A stretch of DNA of 30,872 bases from a virus. Taxonomy: Duplodnaviria > Heunggongvirae > Uroviricota > Caudoviricetes. The notes beneath the pieces were generated by a model. That model had not been told where the DNA came from. It made no database searches and saw only the letters and a program-made list of their open reading frames with translations. The translations under genes were made by a program, and so were the position numbers. The DNA is taken from the IMG/VR virus record IMGVR_UViG_2657245091_000018, one strand, 5' to 3'. How positions within the stretch are numbered: position 1 is the first letter of the stretch; each line of letters starts with the position of its first letter. This document shows positions 16,399 through 26,358 of this stretch, piece after piece.

Positions 16399-17541
16399 AT
16401 GACCTGGCCGAATGTCAACGTCAGTCAGAAAAACCGCTTCAACGGCACAACGAACGACGTCGAGCGCGTCATCCTCTTTGTGGGTTACGGCGACACTAAC
16501 ATCGGGAAAACCCAGTCGCTGAATACCGGCAGCGATCTGGATAAAGCCCTGGGCGACAAAGACAGCCCGTTAAAAAATATGGTGGCCGCAGCGGCCAATA
16601 ACGCCGGTCAGAACTGGTTTGCTTACGTGCATGTGCTGGCAGAACCAGACAAGGAAGCCGAGGGCTATAAACCAGATGAAGACTGGATGAACGCGGTCAA
16701 GATGGCCCAGAGCGTGGCATCCGTGGAAGGGGTTTTCCTGGTATTTGATACCGACGAAGTGGCAACCATCAACCGTGCAACGGAAATGCGTATCACCTTG
16801 CAGGCTAATTATGGGCGATTTATCTGGTTTGGCCTTGCGATAGGCGGGCCGAAACAGGGCGAAGCATGGGCCGATTATGTGACGCGCCTGGCACAACTCC
16901 AGGACGGTATTGCGTCACCGGGTGTGCAACTGGTCCCGCGTCTGTGGGGCAATGAACCCGGCGTCCTGGCCGGTCGCTTGTGTAACCGTTCGGTGACGGT
17001 GGCAGACAGCCCCGCCCGCGTTGCAACCGGCGCAGTCACCGCGCTGGGGCGTGACAAACTGCCGGTTGACGGGACGGGAGCCGAAATTGATCTGTCCGTG
17101 TTGCAGTCCCTGCAGGTGAACCGCTACAGCGTGCCGATGTGGTATCACGACTATGACGGCATCTACTGGGCTGACGGTCGCACCCTGGACGTTGAAGGCG
17201 GCGATTATCAGGTCATTGAAAACGTGCGCGTGGTTGATAAAGCATCCCGACGCGTCCGTCTGCGTGCTATCCCCAAAATTGCCGATCGTTCACTGAACAG
17301 CACACCGGGCAGCATTGCCGCGCATGAAACCTATTTCGGCAAGCCGCTGCGTGAAATGGCGATTTCAACCCAGATCAATGGCGTCGAATTTCCGGGCGAA
17401 GTGAAGCCACCAAAGGACGGTGACATCACCATCACCTGGACCAGTAGCGAAGCGGTACAGATTTACCTTGTGGTTCGACCGTATGAGAGCGCGAAAGAAA
17501 TCAGCGTCAGCATCGAACTGGACACCTCACTGGAGAGCTAA
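16399..17541 (+). CDS. Contractile tail sheath protein, 380 aa
   Basis: Precedes a ~150-aa tube-sized gene. It contains the sheath C-terminal motif G-x-x-W-x-x-GRTL (YDGIYWADGRTLD), comparable to the GxxxWGxRT motif of P2 FI-type sheaths. Confidence 0.6.
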   Translation: MTWPNVNVSQKNRFNGTTNDVERVILFVGYGDTNIGKTQSLNTGSDLDKALGDKDSPLKNMVAAAANNAGQNWFAYVHVLAEPDKEAEGYKPDEDWMNAVKMAQSVASVEGVFLVFDTDEVATINRATEMRITLQANYGRFIWFGLAIGGPKQGEAWADYVTRLAQLQDGIASPGVQLVPRLWGNEPGVLAGRLCNRSVTVADSPARVATGAVTALGRDKLPVDGTGAEIDLSVLQSLQVNRYSVPMWYHDYDGIYWADGRTLDVEGGDYQVIENVRVVDKASRRVRLRAIPKIADRSLNSTPGSIAAHETYFGKPLREMAISTQINGVEFPGEVKPPKDGDITITWTSSEAVQIYLVVRPYESAKEISVSIELDTSLES

Positions 17542-17544
17542 TCA

Positions 17545-18000
17545 ATGACTGAACGTATTAGCGGCGGATCGTTCGATGTGAACTACGACAGCATCATGAT
17601 TCACGTCGAAAACGCCACCGTCACCATTACGGATAACAGCGCCGTTGCGCAGTCGCGTGGCATCCCGAACGGCCACACGAAAGGGTCAGTTTCGGCGGAT
17701 GTGGAAGTCGAAGTCGATTCCCAGAGCTTTAAAAAGTTTACCGCCGTTGCCCGTGCCGCAGGTTCCTGGCGAGCCATTCCGGCAAAGGACTTTTTGTTCT
17801 ATGCCAATGCGGGGGATGACGAAGAAAAAATCGAGGTGTTTGGCTGTGTTCCGACGCTGTCCGACATCGTCAACATCAACCCCAACGAGGCCAGCAAAAC
17901 CACGAAAAAAATTAAATTCATGGTGACAAGCCCGGACTTTGTCGCGATTGACGGCGTGCCGTACCTGTCAGCCCGTGACACTCGAGATCTGAAAGGCTGA
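17545..18000 (+). CDS. Tail tube protein, 151 aa
   Basis: Immediately follows the sheath gene and has the typical tube size. Assignment is positional. Confidence 0.5.
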   Translation: MTERISGGSFDVNYDSIMIHVENATVTITDNSAVAQSRGIPNGHTKGSVSADVEVEVDSQSFKKFTAVARAAGSWRAIPAKDFLFYANAGDDEEKIEVFGCVPTLSDIVNINPNEASKTTKKIKFMVTSPDFVAIDGVPYLSARDTRDLKG

Positions 18001-18004
18001 CACG

Positions 18005-18316
18005 ATGATGAACGGAGAAACGTCACTGCTTGAAAAGCTGTTGCTTATCGGGGCCGTGATCGGCCTGGGGCAACTGATGGTCAGCAATGAGCGAATCACA
18101 ACCCGTCTGCTGGTCGGGCGGATGATTCTGGGATCTGCAGTCGCACCGCTGGCCGCAATCCCGCTGCTGAAATTCCCCGATATGCCGGAACTGGTCGTCA
18201 TTGGGCTGGCCTGCGCCCTGGGCATTCTGGGAAGTGCGTTTATTGAGGCGGGGCTAAAGCGCTGCCTGGACATGTATATCAAGCGATGGGGGAGCAAGCG
18301 CAATGAAACTGAGTGA
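18005..18316 (+). CDS. Holin (three predicted TM segments, charged C-terminus), 103 aa
   Basis: Hydrophobic segments LLLIGAVIGLGQLMV, LLVGRMILGSAVAPLAAIPLL and LVVIGLACALGILGSAFI, with a basic tail KRWGSKRNETE. It lies directly upstream of the endolysin. It has tandem Met start codons. Confidence 0.7.
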   Translation: MMNGETSLLEKLLLIGAVIGLGQLMVSNERITTRLLVGRMILGSAVAPLAAIPLLKFPDMPELVVIGLACALGILGSAFIEAGLKRCLDMYIKRWGSKRNETE

Positions 18317-18641
18317 AAAACAGCAACTTTTTACGGTGATGATCGCCAGCCTGATTCATTTTGCCCAGGAAAAAGGCTATCGCCTGACGTTTGGCGAAGC
18401 GTACCGCACGCCGGAACAGGCCGCGCTTAACGCAAAAAAAGGGAGCGGCATTACTAACAGCCTGCATACCCAGCGCCTTGCGGTGGATTTTAACCTGTTT
18501 ATTAACGGCGAATACCAGACCGACAGCGCCGCATATCGCCCCCTGGGCGAATACTGGGAATCTATCGGCGGATCGTGGGGTGGACGTTTCAGTAAGCCGG
18601 ACGGGAACCATTTCAGTCTTGAGCATAACGGGGTTCGCTGA
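18303..18641 (+). CDS. Endolysin, peptidase M15 (VanY-like zinc peptidase) family, 112 aa
   Basis: Zn-ligand pattern SLHTQRLAVD (H-x6-D) and GNHFSLEH. It lies between the holin and the spanins. Confidence 0.8.
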   Translation: MKLSEKQQLFTVMIASLIHFAQEKGYRLTFGEAYRTPEQAALNAKKGSGITNSLHTQRLAVDFNLFINGEYQTDSAAYRPLGEYWESIGGSWGGRFSKPDGNHFSLEHNGVR

Positions 18642-19024
18642 TGCGCAATTTGCTGGGTCTTTTGCTGATTCTGGCAGCTGCAATGTCAGCGGGCTGGCAG
18701 GCGCATGACTGGCACGACGCAAAGCTGAAACTCGCTGCCAGTGAAGCGGCAGAACAAACGCGCCAGATTGTTGTTGAGGTGACACAGCAGTCTGGTGAAG
18801 CGCTGGAAGCAAAACTCGCGGAGCTGAGGGCCAATGAAATTCATACGGAACGGGTTATCCGCACGGAAACCATTAAATCGGTTTTTAGCAATGTTTGTGC
18901 TTCTGATGATTACGTCCGGTTGTTCAACGAAAGTGCAGATCAAGCCGAACGAAAATTATCAGGAAAACCAGCTGGCACTTTGCCCGGTCACGTTGCCACG
19001 TCTGGCCGGACCGACCGGAAGTGA
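18641..19024 (+). CDS. i-spanin (Rz-like), 127 aa
   Basis: N-terminal TM LLGLLLILAAAMSAGW followed by a charged coiled-coil-like periplasmic region. ATGA overlap with the endolysin stop. Confidence 0.7.
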   Translation: MRNLLGLLLILAAAMSAGWQAHDWHDAKLKLAASEAAEQTRQIVVEVTQQSGEALEAKLAELRANEIHTERVIRTETIKSVFSNVCASDDYVRLFNESADQAERKLSGKPAGTLPGHVATSGRTDRK

Positions 19025-19130
19025 CTTTGACGCGGCGCTGAAAGCCTACCGGCTGATGTATACCGACTGCGCCGCCCGACATAACGCCCTGGTGGGCATC
19101 ATTCGACAACGTAAGGAATTAGCACAATGA
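18834..19130 (+). CDS. o-spanin (Rz1-like outer-membrane lipoprotein), overlapped architecture
   Basis: It starts in a different frame inside the i-spanin gene and extends 106 nt beyond it. The signal peptide has a basic n-region and a lipobox-like LLMITSG|C. A shorter start at ATG 18891 is possible. Confidence 0.65.
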   Translation: MKFIRNGLSARKPLNRFLAMFVLLMITSGCSTKVQIKPNENYQENQLALCPVTLPRLAGPTGSDFDAALKAYRLMYTDCAARHNALVGIIRQRKELAQ

Positions 19131-19396
19131 GCAAATCGAAAAAAATCGCCATGACCGTGGCGGGCGTAAATCTGAGCTTTGAGCCGAATAAAACCGCGTT
19201 CAACAACCTGCTTAACGAAATGACCATGACCAATAAAGTTGCCCCAATGGTGACGTATCTGGGCCGCATTGTTGATGCCGAGTGTAAAGAGGCGCTCAAC
19301 AAGCTGATGGAAGATTATCCGGGCTGCGAAATGCAGATCGTCGAGAAGGTTAACGAAATTTACTCCCCAAAACTTGAGATCGAAGTAAAAAACTGA
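19127..19396 (+). CDS. Tail assembly chaperone, short form (P2 gpE / lambda gpG analogue), 89 aa
   Basis: A small gene immediately upstream of the tape measure gene. It ends with a slippery heptamer, and a start-less open -1 frame follows it. Confidence 0.7.
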   Translation: MSKSKKIAMTVAGVNLSFEPNKTAFNNLLNEMTMTNKVAPMVTYLGRIVDAECKEALNKLMEDYPGCEMQIVEKVNEIYSPKLEIEVKN

Positions 19397-19584
19397 CGGC
19401 GCGGGTAGCGGCCATTCGCACGAATGCCCTGGAGCAATACCTTGCCTTGCGCCGCTATTACCTCCCGCACGAAGACGACGACGAAGAAAGCATCGCCCGC
19501 GCCCTGTGGCTGGATGAATATTTCGCCCAGACCCGCGCCAGTAAGACGGCGGAAGGGATAGCAATCGCATTTAACGGAAACTGA
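19127..19584 (+). CDS. Tail assembly chaperone, -1 frameshift-extended form (gpE+E' / gpGT analogue)
   Basis: After slippage the frame reads KKLTARVAAIRTNALEQYLALRRYYLPHEDDDEESIARALWLDEYFAQTRASKTAEGIAIAFNGN and then TGA at 19582-19584. That stop is 1 nt before the tape measure ATG (19586). The 190-bp segment has no ATG-initiated ORF in this frame. Confidence 0.6.
19387..19393 (+). promoter_or_regulatory. Programmed -1 ribosomal frameshift slippery site A_AAA_AAC
   Basis: Zero-frame codons are GTA AAA AAC TGA. The heptamer fits X_XXY_YYZ. The -1 frame beginning at 19393 stays open for 63 codons. Confidence 0.65.
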
Positions 19585-19585
19585 T

Positions 19586-21700
19586 ATGAGCCACCTGGAT
19601 TTTACCCTGAGCCTGATCGATAAGCTGACGCGGCCATTAAAGACGGCCCAGTCTTCGCTGTCTGGCTTTGCTGAAAAATCGCAGGAGTCTTTTACAAAAA
19701 TCGGGATTGGTGCGGCGGCTGTCTGGGGCGTGGCGCAGTCCATCGCGGGCGTGGTGGGTCCGGCGTATGAGATGAACGCCGCGCTTGCAGAAGTGGGTTC
19801 CAAAGGCGTAGCAGAGGACGCGCTGAAGCGTATGTCCGGCGAAGCCATGCGATTCAGTATGCGCTACGGCAAAGGGGCCGTTGATGTGGTCCGGTCAAGC
19901 TACGCGATGAAAGGCGCAATGGCGGGCCTGTCCGATCTGGACCTGCCCCGCGTTACCATCGCGGCCAATACCCTGGCCGCAGGCGTCAAGGCCAGCGGCG
20001 AAGAGGCAGGCGAATACATCGGCGCGATGGCGTCACGTTTCAACGCGGAATTGTCCAGTCTGGGGCATGTGCGTTTTGCCGAAGAGCTGGCAGGAAAAAC
20101 GGCGTACATGGTGCAAAACTTCGGCGTGAAAATGCAGACCATGCAGGAGCTTATCGAGGGGACGAAAAGCGCCGGTGCTGACTTTGGCGTCAGCCTGGAT
20201 GAACAGTTCGCCGTACTGGGTACGCTTTCGCGCACGCTGGGTACTGAGGCCAGCGGGATCTACGAGCAGTTTTTACGCAGCGCCCCGGCTGCCGCTGAAA
20301 AGCTGGGTATGAGCTTTGTCGATGCCACCGGAAAAATGCTGCCGATGGGCGACATTCTGCAAAAACTCCAGAACAAATACGGGCAGAGCATTGAAGGGAA
20401 CGTCAAGGCACAACAGGCGCTGGATGCCGCGTTCGGTGGTGGTGCTGACGTTATCAAAAAGCTGTACGGCCAGCAGGATAAATTAAACCGCAGCATCACC
20501 GAGCTGGGCCGAAATGACGGGATGAAACGCGCCCAGGAAATGGCCGAACGAATGGCTGAGCCGTGGGAACGTATCAAAGCGACATTCTTTGCCATTCGCG
20601 TGGCGATTGGTAACACGCTGTTCCCTATCCTGTCGCCGCTGATGAACCGTATTGCCGACGTGGGGACAAAATTTGCCCGCTGGCTGGATATGTTCCCGAA
20701 TATTGCCCGCTGGCTGGGTTACATCACCCTGGGCGTGCTGTCCTTCGGGTTGGCTGGGGCGGCGGTCAATATCGTGATGGGGGTCTTTGGCTTCACCATG
20801 ACAGGGCTGGCCGCAATTGCAAAAGTGCTGGGCGGGGCATGGAAACTCCTGTTATGGACGCTCAACCTGTTGCGTCCGTCCCTGCTGACGACGCGCATCG
20901 GTCTGGCTGCATTGTGGATCCAGTCAAAATTACTGGCGCTGTGGACGGGCGTCTGCCGCATCGCGCTTGCTGCATGGAATATCGCGTTAAAGGCCGGAGC
21001 CATTGCCATGCGGGTTTACGGTGCGGCGACCATGTTTGCCGGGGCGGCAATGCAACTCCTGATGAGTCCGATCACTCTGATCGTTGCCGGGCTGGCACTT
21101 CTGGCCGTGGGGGTCTGGTATGTCATCACCCACTGGGAAGAACTGGCGGCAGCAATCATGGATACGTCGGCTTTTGCCTGGGTGATGTCGGTCGCTGAAC
21201 AGGTAGGCCAGGTGTTTGCGCAGGTCTGGCAGTCCATCACAGACGGCTGGGCCGTGGTGGTTGATTTCTTTGCCGGTCTTTCCCCGCTTGCCACCTTTGA
21301 AGGGTTCGCACAAACCATCGGCGGGGTATTCAGCAAACTTTTTGACGTCCTCAAAAATACCTTTGCGTCTACCTATAACTGGATTGTCGAGAAGTTAAAC
21401 AAGATCCCCGGCGTAAACATCGACCTGAAAACCGTTTCGCCACCGGCAGCGGCTGCCGTTCCGGCAAATGCGGTCATTCCTGACAGTGCTGCAGGTTCAT
21501 CGAAGCTAAACAGCCCGTCCGTGCTGACGGGGAACCGAATTAATGCAGGCATCCCACGCGGCGGCCTGATGAGTCAGGTTAAAAACGACAGCAAAACCGC
21601 TGTTGATAACCGTAAAACGTGGGGCGATACCTACATCAACGCCCCCAATGGAATCACCCCGGCCCAGCTGGCTGAATGGCAGGAGCTTAACGCAGGATGA
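19586..21700 (+). CDS. Tail tape measure protein, 704 aa
   Basis: A large A/G/L/M-rich protein with a long hydrophobic central-to-C-terminal stretch. It follows the chaperone pair and precedes the baseplate genes. Confidence 0.85.
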   Translation: MSHLDFTLSLIDKLTRPLKTAQSSLSGFAEKSQESFTKIGIGAAAVWGVAQSIAGVVGPAYEMNAALAEVGSKGVAEDALKRMSGEAMRFSMRYGKGAVDVVRSSYAMKGAMAGLSDLDLPRVTIAANTLAAGVKASGEEAGEYIGAMASRFNAELSSLGHVRFAEELAGKTAYMVQNFGVKMQTMQELIEGTKSAGADFGVSLDEQFAVLGTLSRTLGTEASGIYEQFLRSAPAAAEKLGMSFVDATGKMLPMGDILQKLQNKYGQSIEGNVKAQQALDAAFGGGADVIKKLYGQQDKLNRSITELGRNDGMKRAQEMAERMAEPWERIKATFFAIRVAIGNTLFPILSPLMNRIADVGTKFARWLDMFPNIARWLGYITLGVLSFGLAGAAVNIVMGVFGFTMTGLAAIAKVLGGAWKLLLWTLNLLRPSLLTTRIGLAALWIQSKLLALWTGVCRIALAAWNIALKAGAIAMRVYGAATMFAGAAMQLLMSPITLIVAGLALLAVGVWYVITHWEELAAAIMDTSAFAWVMSVAEQVGQVFAQVWQSITDGWAVVVDFFAGLSPLATFEGFAQTIGGVFSKLFDVLKNTFASTYNWIVEKLNKIPGVNIDLKTVSPPAAAAVPANAVIPDSAAGSSKLNSPSVLTGNRINAGIPRGGLMSQVKNDSKTAVDNRKTWGDTYINAPNGITPAQLAEWQELNAG

Positions 21701-22032
21701 GTACCGAACCGTTATACATCGACCTTTTGATCACTGACGGCGATTTCACGCTGGACAGCGGCAACGAGCCGCGCCGTTGCGATAACCGCGACAGCATCAC
21801 CCAGGACATTATTCACAGCATTCTGGAAAGCGGTATCACCACCCGCCTGATCGGTGAACGCAGCCCGACAATGCGCGGTGACGTGCTGACGCAACTGTCC
21901 TTACTGGTGGAAAGCGACGAACGTCTGGTCCCAGGAACCATAGTGATCACCGAAGAAACCCTTTCGAGGTTGTATATCACGGCGGAAACCTACGATTTCG
22001 GCCCTGTCAGTACAGAGGTTAACTATGACTGA
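21697..22032 (+). CDS. Baseplate assembly protein (gpW / gp25-like), 111 aa
   Basis: ATGA-coupled to the tape measure gene. The pattern DLLITDGDFTLD...SITQDIIHSILESGITTRLIGERSP resembles the gpW/gp25-type motif (Q.I...L.T..GER). It lies upstream of a J-like gene. Confidence 0.5.
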   Translation: MSTEPLYIDLLITDGDFTLDSGNEPRRCDNRDSITQDIIHSILESGITTRLIGERSPTMRGDVLTQLSLLVESDERLVPGTIVITEETLSRLYITAETYDFGPVSTEVNYD

Positions 22033-23209
22033 GAAACCCGACGTTGATTTCGAAAAGGTACTGAATGACAGCGGGATGCCCGCGACAGAGGCCGAAATTA
22101 CGGCGGCATTTAAAGCCACCGTGCAGGCGGAAGGGTTCGTCACAAACACGTCGAGAATGTCACCTTTCTGGCGGCTGATTTCGAAGATTGTCACCACGCC
22201 GGTGTTATGGCTGCGTGCGGCGCTGATCGATGTGGTTCTGCGCAATATGTTTGTTGCGACTGCCACCGGTCCCATGCTGCGCCTGCTGGCCTGGGCGGTT
22301 CATATCGAGCCTAAACCGGCCAGTGCTGCCGCTGGCGTGCTGCGATTCTTCAAGCTGAATGCGGCGGATGTGGTCGTCGTGCCTGCCGGAACACTGGTGC
22401 AAACAGAGCGCATTAACGGCGTGGTTTACGTGCTGGCCGTGAATGAAGACGTGACACTGCCTGCCGGGGTTGAAAGCGGGCTGGTTCCCGTCACGGCGAC
22501 CGGCACCGGCAGCGGCTATAACCTTGCGCCAGGCTATTACCGGATCTTACCTGTTGCAGTAGCTGGAATCGCCAGCGCGGTCAATGAGGACGAATGGCTG
22601 ATTACGCCAGGGGCTAACGAGGAAAGCGACGACGAGCTGCGCGACCGCACCCGCAACCAGTTTAATCTGGTGGGGAATTACCACTCTGACGCTATCTACC
22701 GCAGCATGATTGCCAGCGTGCTGGGCCTGAGCATTGATCGCATCTACTTTTTGCACGATGCCCCGCGTGGGCCGGGTACGGCAAATGCTTATCTGTTACT
22801 GGACAGCGGCGAAATATCACAGCCCTTTATTGATGCGGTTAACGATTATGTGAATACCCAGGGCCACCACGGACACGGTGATGATCTGCAGTGTTATGCC
22901 ATGCCGGAAACCAGTCACACCCTGGCGGTTACTGTCTATGTCAAAAGCGTGGAAAACATGGAAGCGGAAGACCTGAGCGCGTTAAAAACCGGTATTACCG
23001 ACCTGATTCGTTGCGCGTTTCGCGAGAACGCCAATTACGACGTTAAAAAGACGCAGCCCTATTCGCGCTATTCCTTTTCGAATCTGGGCCGCGAGATCCA
23101 CAAGGCTTTTCCGGTTGTCGATTCACTGCATTTTTCACTAACGGATATTGTCAGCGAACTGTCGGTCCCGCGCCTGTCAGGGTTAACGGTGGAGATTGAA
23201 AATGACTGA
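22025..23209 (+). CDS. Baseplate J-like protein, 394 aa
   Basis: Position between the W-like and I-like genes, size, and overlaps with both neighbours. Confidence 0.65.
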   Translation: MTEKPDVDFEKVLNDSGMPATEAEITAAFKATVQAEGFVTNTSRMSPFWRLISKIVTTPVLWLRAALIDVVLRNMFVATATGPMLRLLAWAVHIEPKPASAAAGVLRFFKLNAADVVVVPAGTLVQTERINGVVYVLAVNEDVTLPAGVESGLVPVTATGTGSGYNLAPGYYRILPVAVAGIASAVNEDEWLITPGANEESDDELRDRTRNQFNLVGNYHSDAIYRSMIASVLGLSIDRIYFLHDAPRGPGTANAYLLLDSGEISQPFIDAVNDYVNTQGHHGHGDDLQCYAMPETSHTLAVTVYVKSVENMEAEDLSALKTGITDLIRCAFRENANYDVKKTQPYSRYSFSNLGREIHKAFPVVDSLHFSLTDIVSELSVPRLSGLTVEIEND

Positions 23210-23795
23210 GTTTTCGAAGTTGCTTTCCGGTCTGAAATTGCCGTCGTGGCTGAACAAAGGCGACCCCGCCAGGCTGTTGCGTGGCAGCGTGAAGTTCTGG
23301 TCGCAGGTGTACGGGTGGATCACCTGGCCGTTAAAGCAGTTTGACCCGCTGGTTTGCCCTGAGCCGCTGTTGAACCTGATTGCCTGGGAGCGCGACATCG
23401 ATCGGTTTAAGGGGGAGCCGCTCGACATCTTCCGCAAGCGGGTGAGTTACGCATTTATCAATGCGCAGCAGGCCGGAGAGGTGGCGGGCTTTATTGCCAT
23501 TTTTGAGCGACTGGGGATTGGTTACGTTGAATTACTGGAACGGCAGGACGGACTCGACTGGGACGTGATTGTCGTTCGAGTGACAAGCAGCCAGGTTGCG
23601 GAAAATGGCGATCTCCTGCTGGAAATCATTCGCAAATATGGGCGCACATGCCGCCGTTACCAGTTTGAAGTAATCGACACCCTGCCACTGAATATCAATA
23701 TTGGCTGGTATCAGGGGGAATATATTTGCTGGCCTGCCACCCTGGGCGATGTGAATAACCAGTCAGAAGCAACATATAGCGCAAGTTTGAAGTAG
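23196..23795 (+). CDS. Tail protein I-like baseplate protein, 199 aa
   Basis: The conserved gpI-family block [23 protein letters not shown] (P..CP..LL..LAWE..vD). It lies directly upstream of the tail fibre gene. Confidence 0.7.
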   Translation: MKMTEFSKLLSGLKLPSWLNKGDPARLLRGSVKFWSQVYGWITWPLKQFDPLVCPEPLLNLIAWERDIDRFKGEPLDIFRKRVSYAFINAQQAGEVAGFIAIFERLGIGYVELLERQDGLDWDVIVVRVTSSQVAENGDLLLEIIRKYGRTCRRYQFEVIDTLPLNINIGWYQGEYICWPATLGDVNNQSEATYSASLK

Positions 23796-23806
23796 AGGGA
23801 ATATTA

Positions 23807-25771
23807 ATGTCACAGGCCGTCATTACAAAAGCATTTGCAGAGTGGAAAGCCCAGCAGGCAATTAATAACCAGCCCGTCACGCTGGATGAGTTTATTTTTG
23901 CTTATATTCCGGGGCTGGATGCTGACAAGCCGATTAATAATACTGAAACAACGCCAGCGGAAGATAAAATAGTTTGTCGTCAGGCGGTGAATAAAGCCGG
24001 TGTTGTGAATGAAAACTCTGTCGTTTATTCCGTTACCCTGGGGGCGGATGTGGGCGATTTTGATTTCAACTGGATCGGGCTGGCAAATAAGGCAACGGGT
24101 ACACTGGCGATGATTATTCACGCCCCGACCCAACGAAAAATTAAAAACGCAGACGGTCAGCAGGGAAACGTTCTTGTTCGTTCCATGCTGATGGAATACA
24201 GCGGAGCCAGGGAAGCGACCGAAATTAACACTCCGGCAGAGACATGGCAGATTGATTTTACTGCCCGACTGGTGGGAATGGATGAACGCCAGCGCCGGGA
24301 AAATATCGATCTGTATGGCGCAGCGGCATTTTTTGATTCGGGCTATCTGGTCGCAAAGTCCGGCAATCAGTTTTTTGTCACAAAGGGGGCGGGATATGTC
24401 GCCGGATTGCGTGCCGAATTGCCCGCAAACTTCAATATCACAGTATCCGCGAAACCGACAAAAATCTGGCTTGATGTGAGCTGGACCGGGACGTTAACAA
24501 GCGAATGGGCTGTACAGAGCAAAATTACTGTTGCTGCAGATCTTGCCGATTATGTGCTGGGCGGTGTGCAGCATTATGTCTTTGCGGTGGCGAGTATTGA
24601 TGCTGCCGGAAATATCACTGACCTGCGCCCGAAAGGCACGCTAAATGACCAGGCGGCCAGCGATGCGCTGAAAAAGCATGAACAATCCCGAAATCACCCT
24701 GATGCATCAACCAGTGAAAAGGGTTTTGTGCGGTTAAGCAGTGAAACGAACAGTGATTCCGAAGCGATGGCCGTCACGCCAAAAGCATTAAAAGCGGTGA
24801 ATGAGAATGCAAATGGCCGCGTTCCGGCATCACGAAAAGTGAACGGCCATGCCCTGAATGGAGATATCAATGTCACTTCACGGGATATTTTTGACGGCCA
24901 GGTTATAGCGATTGGTGCAAATAAGAATCTGGATGATTACCAGGTACCGGGGCTTTATTTTCAGGAAGCGAACAACAATACCAGTGCAGCAATGAATTAC
25001 CCGGAGAATAGCGCGGGTTCTCTGATGGTACTGAGAGGTGCCGGAGTCACTCAGGTTTATCGTGTGTACAACAGCTCGCGCAGTTATTCGCGCAGCAAGT
25101 ATTCAACGCTGGCATGGACGCCGTGGATGCCAGAAGATTCTTACCCTGTCGGCGCACCTATCCCCTGGCCATCGGATGTTACCCCGACAGGGTACGCCTT
25201 AATGCAGGGGCAGCCCTTTGATAAAGCGGTCTATCCATTGCTAGCGATTGCCTATCCTGCGGGGATTATCCCGGACATGCGAGGCCAGACGATTAAGGGT
25301 AAACCGAACGGTCGCGCGGTACTCTCGTATGAACAGGATGGTGTTATATCGCATACCCACGGAGCCAGTATTTCCGATACCGATTTGGGGACGAAATACA
25401 CCAGCTCTTTTGATTATGGTTCAAAACCAACAACCAGTTTTGACTACGGCAATAAATCCTCCACTGAGGGTGGGTGGCACGCACATAACTTTCGTTATTG
25501 CGCAACGTCTGCATACCGGGATACCCCCGGTCAGGGGCTGGGGATGCATTCGTCTAATGTTTCATGGGCGGCGGGAGATCGCATTGAGGGAAGCGGTAAT
25601 CATGCTCATGTGACATGGATCGGCCCTCATGATCACTGGGTGGGTATTGGTGCGCATAACCATTATGTGGTTATGGGCTATCACGGACATACAGCGACCG
25701 TTCATGCCGCAGGAAATGCGGAAAATACCGTTAAAAATATTGCGTTTAACTACATTGTGAGGCTTGCCTGA
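23807..25771 (+). CDS. Tail fibre protein (gpH-like N-terminus, tail-collar domain, His-rich C-terminal tip), 654 aa
   Basis: The N-terminus [31 protein letters not shown] matches the P2-H-type fibre N-terminal domain. [27 protein letters not shown] is a common fibre motif. The collar-domain pattern is [33 protein letters not shown]...[11 protein letters not shown] (25145-25300). Five HxH motifs lie near the C-terminus. Confidence 0.9.
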   Translation: MSQAVITKAFAEWKAQQAINNQPVTLDEFIFAYIPGLDADKPINNTETTPAEDKIVCRQAVNKAGVVNENSVVYSVTLGADVGDFDFNWIGLANKATGTLAMIIHAPTQRKIKNADGQQGNVLVRSMLMEYSGAREATEINTPAETWQIDFTARLVGMDERQRRENIDLYGAAAFFDSGYLVAKSGNQFFVTKGAGYVAGLRAELPANFNITVSAKPTKIWLDVSWTGTLTSEWAVQSKITVAADLADYVLGGVQHYVFAVASIDAAGNITDLRPKGTLNDQAASDALKKHEQSRNHPDASTSEKGFVRLSSETNSDSEAMAVTPKALKAVNENANGRVPASRKVNGHALNGDINVTSRDIFDGQVIAIGANKNLDDYQVPGLYFQEANNNTSAAMNYPENSAGSLMVLRGAGVTQVYRVYNSSRSYSRSKYSTLAWTPWMPEDSYPVGAPIPWPSDVTPTGYALMQGQPFDKAVYPLLAIAYPAGIIPDMRGQTIKGKPNGRAVLSYEQDGVISHTHGASISDTDLGTKYTSSFDYGSKPTTSFDYGNKSSTEGGWHAHNFRYCATSAYRDTPGQGLGMHSSNVSWAAGDRIEGSGNHAHVTWIGPHDHWVGIGAHNHYVVMGYHGHTATVHAAGNAENTVKNIAFNYIVRLA

Positions 25772-26358
25772 TGACTTTTGAAATGACCGGAGAAAACCGG
25801 ACAATTACCATCTATAACCTGCGTGCTGATACAAATGAATTTATCGGGAAAAGTGATGGGTTTATCCCTGCTAATACCGGTTTGCCTGCTAACAGTACCA
25901 ATATTGCGCCACCGCCGATGAAAGCCGGTTTTGTCGCTGTATTTAATTCTGCGTCAGAAAAATGGTCACTTGTTGAAGACCATCGCGGGAAAATTGTTTA
26001 CGACATTCTCACCGGGAAATCCATCACGATTGATGAATTAGGTCAGTTACCTGACGACGTTGTTTCCGTTGCGCCGGAAGGCCATTTTGTTAAATGGAAT
26101 GGTAAAAAATGGGTGCATGATGCTGACGCAGAAAAAACGGCACAGATTACACAGGCTACACAGCAAAAAGACAGTCTTCTGGCGCTGGCTGCATCAAAAA
26201 TTGCCCCATTACAGGATGCTGTTGATCTGGATATTGCAACGGAAGAGGAAACAGCGCTTTTGCTGGCGTGGAAAAAATACAGGGTTTTGATTAATCGTAT
26301 TAAGCCAGAAGATGCGCCAGATATTGACTGGCCGGAGGTTCCGGGCGATGTGGCGTGA
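25771..26358 (+). CDS. Tail fibre assembly protein (gpG/Tfa family), 195 aa
   Basis: Typical Tfa features: IYNLRADTNEFIG near the N-terminus and the C-terminal LLAWKKYRVLINRI...DWPEVP. The start overlaps the fibre gene stop. Confidence 0.9.
   Translation: MTFEMTGENRTITIYNLRADTNEFIGKSDGFIPANTGLPANSTNIAPPPMKAGFVAVFNSASEKWSLVEDHRGKIVYDILTGKSITIDELGQLPDDVVSVAPEGHFVKWNGKKWVHDADAEKTAQITQATQQKDSLLALAASKIAPLQDAVDLDIATEEETALLLAWKKYRVLINRIKPEDAPDIDWPEVPGDVA

Noticed and set aside
23807-26358. A possible invertible host-range segment (Cin/Gin-type) around the fibre and Tfa genes.
   Set aside because: There is no second inverted fibre-tip/Tfa copy, no crossover-site repeats seen by eye, and no recombinase gene nearby.
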